Source of the DNA: Epithemia pelagica | Taxonomy: Eukaryota > Protista > Bacillariophyta | Assembly (NCBI GenBank): GCA_946965045.2 | Contig: OX337235.1 | Location: 744,001-808,000 of the forward strand | Direction: 5' to 3' | DNA length: 64,000 nucleotides | In this document: positions 55,581 through 64,000 of the stretch, piece after piece | How the letters are laid out: each line of letters opens with the position of its first letter | Numbering within the stretch: position 1 is the stretch's first letter | Notes under the pieces: model-generated | What the model was told of the DNA's origin: nothing | Database searches by the model: none | What the model saw: only the letters and a program-made list of their open reading frames with translations | Translations under genes and position numbers: made by a program

Positions 55581-57935
55581 ATGCACCACGAGGAGTGGAT
55601 GCGACGCATTTGGTGTGTGCATCTACCATTCGTATCCAACCGTGTGGTGGTTGCAGTGTCTCGCTGGTTCTTGTTCTTGTGGTTGTTGGTGAGCCCCGTG
55701 ACAACAAGGGCGCATACATCAGCCGGAGGACCGCCACATTCTTCGCCTTCTTCTTCTTCTGGTTCCTCTGTTGTTGTACCACCACACCAGCACGGTATGG
55801 TCCGTTGGGGACGTGTTTCCGCATCGTTTCCTCACCACCACCACCGATCGATCACAAGACCCTTGGCCTCCTCCTGGTCGGATCCATTCTCATTCTCCTA
55901 CACATCCACAAAAGCAACACGACAACGAAACCTGCCGTCTCGTTTCCAAACCTTGGCATTCCAATCCTTTTCGTCGTCGTCGTCGTCGTCTTCTTTTTCT
56001 TGTCGGCTCGGCACGACAAAGACAAATTCGATTCGACGATCCACCTCCTACTCTACGACCAGTAAAAGCCGTCGTTTCGTTCATTCTTTTTTGTGGCACC
56101 CCATACCAACCAGTACCAGGAGAAGTACAAGTTTCCCTGCTGGTCCGATTCTCCATTCTCGACAACGACAACGACTGTTTGGAACGTCTTTTCCAGACTT
56201 GCCTCCCGCCACTCCATCCTCCGCCGACCACAAAATGTCCCACCACAAGAACAACTCGACCACCACCGCACCCAAGGATTCCTCTTCGAATGACACTGTC
56301 AATCCTGATTCGTCTTTTCCTGTTTCGTATACACCCTACGAACAATAACAATGGGTCCGTCGCTTGTACATGACCAATTTGTTTCATCCCGTCAAATTGG
56401 GATTGGAAAATTCCCATGCATTGTACCATGCCTTGGGACGACCCTTGGACGACATTCCCGTCCTTCATGTCGCTGGTACCAATGGCAAGGGCAGTGTCGT
56501 GACCAAACTGGCCACCACCTTGCAACTCCAAACTTCTGCCGCCGTCGGCATGTTTGTCTCGCCCCACATTTCCTCCTTTCGTGAACGCATGCAAATCAAT
56601 GGCGCCTGCATTACCGAAGACGAAGTTGTCGAGTATTTGCCCCGCATTTACGATGCCTGTGTCCAACACGATATTCCTGCCACCTTTTTTGAAATTACCA
56701 CCGCCTTGGCCATGGTCTATTTTCAACAACGAAACGCGACGGTCGTCGTCTTGGAAACGGGTTTGGGCGGACGCTTGGATGCCACCAATGTCCTGACCAA
56801 TCAAAGTGTCGTGCTGGCCATTATCACGTCGATTGGATTGGAACATACCCGTATATTGGGCGATACCGTGGAATTGATTGCCCGGGAAAAGGGAGGCATC
56901 ATCAAACCCAATGTTCCCGTCTTGGTGGGACCACATGTGCCCCATGCCGTCTTGCAACAATGTGCCGTGGAAAAACAGGCGAGTGCCTATTACAAGAGTA
57001 CGGAGGTACTCCCGTTGGACGACGACAACACATTGAACGACAATGACTTGGAGGATTATGATTTGGAAAATACTCGCATTGCGCAAGCCGCCTTGCACTT
57101 GGTGGCACAGTCTCATCCCCACTTGTGCCACGGCTTGACACCGCAACTCATTGCGCAAGGCACGTCGGTGCGTCCCCCCTGTCGCTTTGAACAATTGCAA
57201 ATTCCCTGGAACAATAATGATCCAACGACGACCGACGACGACACGGCAAACCACAACAATAAGGACGACGACGACGACGACAAGACGATTACCGTCATTT
57301 TGGATGTGGCGCACAATCCACCGGCCATGGACTATTTGGTCCGAAAATTGCATGCCACCTTTGCAACGAATGACGACACGACAAATCAAGCGACTGTGTT
57401 TCACATGGTGGTGGGCATGTCCAGTGACAAGGATTTGGCCTTGTGTGGACAAGCGGCCCTCCAGGCCGTTCAAGGAGACGCCTCGCGGATTTACTTGGTG
57501 GAAGCGGCCCATCCTCGAGCGGCCAAATTGGACGATATCTTGCAAGCCAACCACCACCAGGTTGGAGCTGAAACGGAGGAGGAGGAGCAGGGACCAGGTG
57601 GGTTACTAGCCTCGTGTCAGTACAATCGCGACGATCCCTCCGTCACCTTTCAAATTCAAAACGCCTTGACGCACATTCGTCAGAGTCACAACCATAGCAG
57701 CTCTACCGAACGACACGTGTTGGTGATTTGTGGCAGTGTCTTTCTCATGGCCGAAGCCCGACAAGCCTTGGGCATTCAGGAACCGCGCGATTCCCAATAC
57801 ATTGCCGAGGTGGCCGGGGCGGGGTCTCGCTTTGGACAAGAAAATTTTGGCAATTCGGGTGGTATCACAACCTTGTCGTCGTCCTCGACCACGACGACAA
57901 CAACTGCCGACGACAAGGACAGTCAGTCCAAGTAG
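55581..57935 (+). CDS. folC: Dihydrofolate synthase / folylpolyglutamate synthase, with an in-frame TAA at 56346-56348 between the N-terminal extension and the catalytic part
   Basis: HVAGTNGKGS, SPHISSFRER, TFFEITT, ETGLGGRLDATN, IAREKGGIIK, LDVAHNP, CGSVFLM. ORFs 55581-56348 and 56364-57935 share a frame. Confidence 0.9.
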
Positions 57936-58652
57936 TACCACTCGAACCGGATAGAGTTGTTCCATATTGCCATGGCTTGCTGGTGAAACCACGACGATAT
58001 ACACCCGAGAGTCTTCAACCTATGATTATTCTGTAAATATATTTTCTAGAAGATACAAAACCAAGGACGCCTGTCTATGTTCATCTTCCGGTATCGATGT
58101 ACCTAGTATACAAGAGGTGGTAACCATGTCTAATCTAGGGGTAAACTTGTAGTAGTAGCTTGCGAAGGGTGGTTCGGGTTGGTTGCCCAAAGAGCAACAA
58201 TGCGTGTACGTCCCTCCCTGGAGAGTGTGAACGAGTTTGAGGATGCAAAGAGATTGAGATTCGTTTGTCGATAAAAAATGTTGAAGGGAAAAAAGTGGAA
58301 TGGCGTTCCCTTTGAATGCAGAGGATGAATCCGGTTTCTGAAAGGTCCTTTTCATTACCGTGCGCAATCTGTGTACTGTGTAAAGTGGATGGATGGAACA
58401 TTGAGATAGGGCTTTCAAGGTTGATACGACCGATCTCATAGTATGAAGATGAACGGTCGTAAATACATTTCGAAGCTGCGATCTATCATTTGTTCCGATC
58501 CGGGTGAGTAAGTGACACCGCTTCGTGTTTCCATCCAAAACGGAGCTCCCACGAATGCATGCAATCGTCCTGAATGATATCATTGGACGTTTTGTCGAAT
58601 GCGAATTTCCCCAGTAAAAAGTATGTACGTTGTGACAAGTAATCGTTGGTTT

Positions 58653-61171
58653 TCACGTGTCCGTTTCAATTCCCCCACCAATGGCCCAATCTTCATCGAC
58701 AAAGGACATGAGGAAATCTTCGGCCGCTTCGGAGGACCAGATTTCTTCGGGAACGACACCCAAACATCCCGACGATACGGATCGTCGTTGTTGTTTGAGA
58801 TCGGGTTCTCCTCCCAATGGAATCATGCTACTGGTAGCAGCCGAGGAAAGCATGGCGGGACCCGACGAGGAGGTATCCATGGACGACAGAGGAACCATGT
58901 AGGGGGTCGGAGCCGGCGTGGCCGACAAGACGGCAACGGGAACTGGATCGGGCAGTGGCATGCCATTGAGTCGCATCGTATCCGGATCGACATCGTCAAT
59001 GCCAAAATCCGTGGATGACAAGGGTACCTCGGGACGTGGTGGTTGTTGTTTGGTGGACCGAAACGACGACGACGATGGTGGTTCCGTTGTGGTGGTGGTT
59101 GTCGTGGATACCGTGGTACTATGAGCTTGTGGAGGTGGAATAATGGCTTGGACATGTCCCAACGTTTTTTGGACAATGTCGGCGGCCGCGGCTTGTGCCG
59201 CCATGGGATCCACAGAGGGACGATGCGATTGGCGTTCTTCCGTATCGTCCACACTCATTTCCGAGGCACTCCGTTTCAAGGATCCCGTGGAAGCAAAGGT
59301 CGAATCGCGACTCAATGGTTTGGAGGCGGTCGTGTCCAGGGCATCGCCATGTGTAGGATTCTTGCCTCCGCCGCCTTCGCCCGATCGCGCTCCCAGCGAT
59401 TCAAACGAGGGACGTCGCGACAGCTTTTTCAAGGCGGGACCCGTCACCATGGGAGCCGCCATGGGAACCGCTTGGTGAATTTGCGCCAAGCGATGATTCA
59501 AAATGTACAAATTGGCCGCCACATGTTGATGTGGCGTCAATTGGTACCTTGGTTCCTTGGTGGTAGTTGTGGTGGGTGGAGCCCCAAAGGTGGGTGGCCG
59601 TTGCCGCAACCGCGCCAGAGTGGGCGACGCTCCACCGACCTTGGAAGCCAGGTAGGCAGCCAGTTGGACGCGTTGTCCTTCCGTCAAGAGGGACGTCATT
59701 TGACGTTCGCGATTGCCAATGGCCAAGGCCAAGGATTGCGTGACTTGATGGGCCGTGGCCATGGTGGTGGTACTGGCATGGGCCGTGTGTCGGGACAACC
59801 ACGAATCGGCCCCCTGCAAGAGACTTCGTTGGTGCAGGCGCACCTTTTCTTCTTGGTCATAACTCAAGCCAATTTCGTTGCAAAACAAGGGCCACATGGT
59901 CTGCGCCGGCGTCACGCGGTCCGTGCCATTTTGCAACATCTAGAAGAATCGTAGATACGAGAAATGATAGTCCACGGACAATTATAGTTCATGGGAACAA
60001 AAATCGACAAGGAGAGAGAGATGGAAACAAACAGACAGACATCGCGCGCGTCAGAAGACAGAGGGGACAGACACAATTGTCGTTGACACGACAGTACATG
60101 AACACTTACTCGTTCGCCAATGCGGGCGGCCGACAATCGTTCGCTGGCGGCTCGTCCCCCGCGAAAAAAGTCATCGGCTTGCAGGGTCAACCACAAGGCA
60201 AATTTGTGCGCCGGTGGAGCACAAAACGAGTGCAATTGTTGAGCGCCAAAGGTGGCGGCCACGCGGAGTTCGGCACTAGTTCTCAACAAGACGGAGGGCA
60301 AGGGCAGTTTCGTGGTCAACGTTGCATGTGCGGCTCGTTTGGCCCGGACGCGACCCACGGCATGGGCGGCATGATGGCGACGACCGCAATCCATTTCGTG
60401 ACTGAGCTGCGAAACGCGTTCTTCCAACACCTCCAAGTATTGTTTGCGACGGCGACGACTGAGACGGGCCGATTCGCGATTGCGTTCCAAGCGTTTTTGA
60501 CGACGATTCTTGAGACCACTACTACTACTGGCGGCCGTTGTCGTTGTTGTTGTCGTTGTGGTTCCTGTGATTGTACTGGAACTGGCATCGTCCGGCACCG
60601 TGCTCTTGACTGGATCCGCGCATGCCATCAAGGACGAAGAAGAGAGTGCCGCGTTGGGAACTGGTTCCTTGTGCATCATGGTGGTGGTGGTTGTTTGTGC
60701 CCTGGATTTGGGCGACAGGTCCATGGCCATGAACGACGACGAGGAGGTATTGGTACTGCTTTTGGGTGTGGTGGGAGCACTCCACCTCATGGCGGTAGTA
60801 GTAGTACTTGTTGTTGTTGTTGTTGTTGTGGTAGGTTGTGGCGAAGCGACGAGGGGCGAATCAATTTGCATGCGCTGCAGGGCCAAGGGAGCCGATGCCA
60901 CAGCAGCTTGTTGGCCGGCTGTGGCGGTTGTCGGAGATGGGGCTCCCAAGGGTCTCGGCACCACAGTACTAGTGTTATTGTTGTTGATGGTGGTGCGTGG
61001 TTGAAAGGGATTGGGCGTGGTCAAGGAAGTGGCAAAAGACGGAGGGGCCGTGGTGGTGGTTGTGGAAGAAGGACCCATGACAATGTTGTTCAACGCCAGG
61101 ACGGCAGCCGAGGCGGCGGCATGTTTGTCGGTCGGATTGGAGGGATGAACCACGACGGACGATTCGCTCAT
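58653..61171 (-). CDS. bZIP transcription factor, two exons
   Basis: KRLERNRESARLSRRRRKQYLEVLEERVSQL; phase-0 intron 59940-60109 (CGA|GTAAGT...TTCTAG|ATG); probable ATG at 61171. Confidence 0.88.
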
Positions 61172-62678
61172 GCTAGTAGTGTGTGGCGAACGTGATGGTT
61201 GCCTAATTGTGGATCCTTTCTTGATCAGTCTTGCCTTGTTCCTGTTCTTTGGTTGTAGATTGATGTGAAGAGGGACACTGCAAGAGAGACAAGATACCAA
61301 TGGTGTGTGTTCCAAAGTCCAGGCGAATGAGAAGGGACATTCAAGAGAGAGAGAGAGAATGAATTCTCCTTGGAAGTTCAAAAGCGCGTACGTTTTGATG
61401 GTGATGCTTGCTCAGAGCGCTCAAACTGTCGGAGTCCTGCGAATCAAGTCACACTCTCTCTCTATCAACTGCAAGATGTTCAGACGGGGCGAACTCTTTC
61501 TCTCATTTTCTCATCGCCCTCGTCCATTGTCTCGCCAACATTCATGCCGACGAGAGGATTCTGGCGCATACGTCAGCCCCGTACAATCCAGTCCACAGTC
61601 ACGCGTATGTGGCAAGCGCGACCGACACAACGCGAACTTTGCTCCTACACTTTCCGTCCGTCTCAAAGCGTTCCCATAATTGAAAACCATCACGAGGAAC
61701 GCTTTTCTCCAACCGGTACCGGATGAAATTACTCCTGGACGGTTACCATACTAAAAGTCTCAAATCGACGTTGTATTTCAATACAGTTAGAATCTGAGTA
61801 GTTTTTGCGTTCGAGTTGACGTGGACTTCAGCTGCTCGTTGGTCTTCTTCACGTGCCTCTCCGCCGTTTTCGCCCTCTCGCGAAAGGATCGCGCAAACAA
61901 CAAGAGACAAACATCAAACGCGCAACCATCGCAACCATCTTATGGACAGTTCCCCTCTCTCCTTGTGCGTATCATGACAAAATGATGGGTGTTTTGGACT
62001 GTCCAGGAGAGAGTGTTCCAAGAGTCAAGCGATCTGCCCAAAAGGGTGGTCCGTACAACAACTACCTTGGTAGTTCGGTCCTGGCTTTGTTTTGAAATCA
62101 GTTCCGATGGATACCGAGCGGATTACCCCTTCTGTTTCTTGAGAGAACGACTCCGTACCACGTTCACAGAAATCACCAAGACTATTCCATGGCAAATCAT
62201 CCCATTCCGCAACTTTCTCCAGAATCAGTTGCCATGCTGCGCTGCGCACACATTATGTGTGTGTTCGGGTGCTGTGGAACGGCATGGCCGGAAATCCAAC
62301 GATACTACGACAAGAGAGAAATCACACTCCGACAAAACGAAGGGCCCTGTAGGAGGAACTCAAACGAGTACACATACACATGCACATCAACGGACAGGGG
62401 AAACGAGATACGACACTGTCATTTCCTTCCTCCCAATAATAAGGTTGTCCGGGCAGCCGTGTCTTGGGGCACTGCACTTGGTGTGTTACTTGGATTCCCG
62501 CTCCTGACGTCAAACATGAGTTGATGGTGTCAGACCGGATGCGAGCGAGCGCACGTTCGCTTCCTGTTCTCTTTTCCATCATGGTAATCCTTTGTGTTTT
62601 GGTCTCACAAAACTCTTATCCGAACTGATTTGATTTCAAAATCCCTGATCATGTATGATATCGATTGTAACAAGCAGC

Positions 62679-64000
62679 ATGAACGTACTACAATGCAAAC
62701 AGCAACCACTCATTGGAAGAAAACGAGAAGAAGAAGAAGAAGAAGAAGAAAAGGACCTTGTCGACGACGAATCGCACGAGCAGAGTCTTCGTTGTAGTGA
62801 ACTGGACCAGATTTTGCTCTTGGCCTCCACATGGGAACAAGGCAAGGCGGGGCAACGTCGATTGGACGATGGAACCCTGCCGGGTTGGTATGAATGGTCC
62901 CAACGGTATCCCCAACGCAACCACAAGGTCCGTATCTGTCAAGGCCGGTCCGAATGGAGACGTGCACTCGTGGATTCCCGACACCCCAACCGTGTGGCGG
63001 TTGTGTCGTGGAATATTCTCTCGGATCATTGGGTGCGACAATCCACCTATCAACACATTGGATCCGAAGGTGTAACGTGGAGCAAGCAGTTTCCCGCACT
63101 GGTCGACTGGTGGCAAGCCTTTGGCCCCGTGGACGTGTTGGCCTTGCAAGAAGTGGACTATGGGAAATACGACTCGTTCATTCGACCCACGTTGTAAGCC
63201 TTGGGATATAGTAGTGTCTTGCAACGTCCCCGGAAACCAAGTTCGCAACAACCCTGTGGTGTGGCCACCTTTTGGAAGACCCACCAATGGCAACTCGTGG
63301 AATGGGAAGCCTCCTCGCGGTGCCTCGTGACACTCTTACGCCGTCGTTGCCACTCCAGTGACGGCACTCCGCATGAATCCGCAACTCGAGGCCGCAACAC
63401 ACTGATGGCCATTGTCAATGTTCACTTGGAATCGGCGCAGTCGGAAGCGGGCGCCGAACGACGGGCGCGACAATTGGATTCCGCCCTCAAACGGGCCTCC
63501 AAGCTGTGTGCACGACAACAAGAGCACGATTCTCACACCACGACTAGGATTCCATGGATTGTCTGTGGCGATTTCAATACCGGTGCCGATTCCTTTTTGT
63601 TCCATTCGCTTCGTGGTCAGGAATCCTCGTGGCATGGCGGTCCCTCCTTGGCTTCGGTGTACGAACATGCCGACACGGCCCAGACGCTGCCCGTCAATAG
63701 AGCCACCTATGCCGAACCACACCATCATTACGTCATTGACCATGTCTTGTATTCCCACAACTCGCTCCAATTGGACTGTGCCCTCAATGCCTTGACACCA
63801 CACGAGATTGCCAAGCACTTGGGACCCCGAGGCACGATTGATCAAGGATTTCCTACCGCCTTTTTGCCCTCGGATCATATCCCCGTCGGCGCCATGTTTT
63901 CCTGGAGCGACCGTGTGGAATTGGACTGTACTCCAGCGTCGGAATCCATTCAGGACGACCACCAAGTGTCGTCCGAGTCACGGGCGTCATCCAATACGAC
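62679..64000 (+). CDS. EEP-superfamily nuclease/phosphatase (CCR4/Angel/nocturnin-like), runs off the window, in-frame TAA at 63195-63197
   Basis: SWNIL and LQEVD before the stop; NVHL, GDFN, IDH and PSDHIP after it in the same frame (manual translation). Confidence 0.82.

Noticed and set aside
29925-63197. Stop-codon reassignment explaining the in-frame TGA/TAA codons
   Set aside because: TAA, TAG and TGA all serve as normal terminators in neighbouring genes, and the folC stop arises from a duplication.
1-64000. tRNA, rRNA or telomeric arrays
   Set aside because: None recognisable by eye; tRNAscan-SE or Infernal would be needed to exclude them formally.

Overview
Eukaryotic genomic DNA, most likely a pennate diatom (CoDi-type Copia, short GT-AG introns, bipartite plastid presequences, poly-T/Q/N tracts); the species cannot be determined from sequence alone. 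Bases 1-34 kb are a transposon island. It holds (i) a Ty1/copia element that appears to be a chimera of two families, with its 3' LTR at about 6555-7306; (ii) a 3'-truncated CRE-like non-LTR retrotransposon with a large extra ORF1; (iii) a complete 9,644-bp CACTG (EnSpm/CMC) DNA transposon with TIRs, a 2-bp TSD, an intact 1069-codon transposase and two accessory genes; (iv) a 765-bp TIR-bounded element carrying a minisatellite; and (v) a complete 7,814-bp element with TACCCCC termini, a perfect 10-bp TSD, and convergent transposase and RecQ-like helicase genes. Element (v) has the AcademH architecture, which I know from animals and fungi rather than diatoms, and is the top finding. Bases 34-64 kb are host genes: ispD, an AAMP/SQT1-like WD40 gene, a three-times repeated module of an unknown multi-TM protein plus an SDR surrounding a ferric reductase/NOX-like gene, a retropepsin-like protein, head-to-head pterin dehydratase and folC genes, a bZIP factor and an EEP nuclease/phosphatase. 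Several otherwise intact ORFs carry a single in-frame stop, including one created by an exact 6-bp duplication in folC. All calls come from manual reading; no database searches were run.
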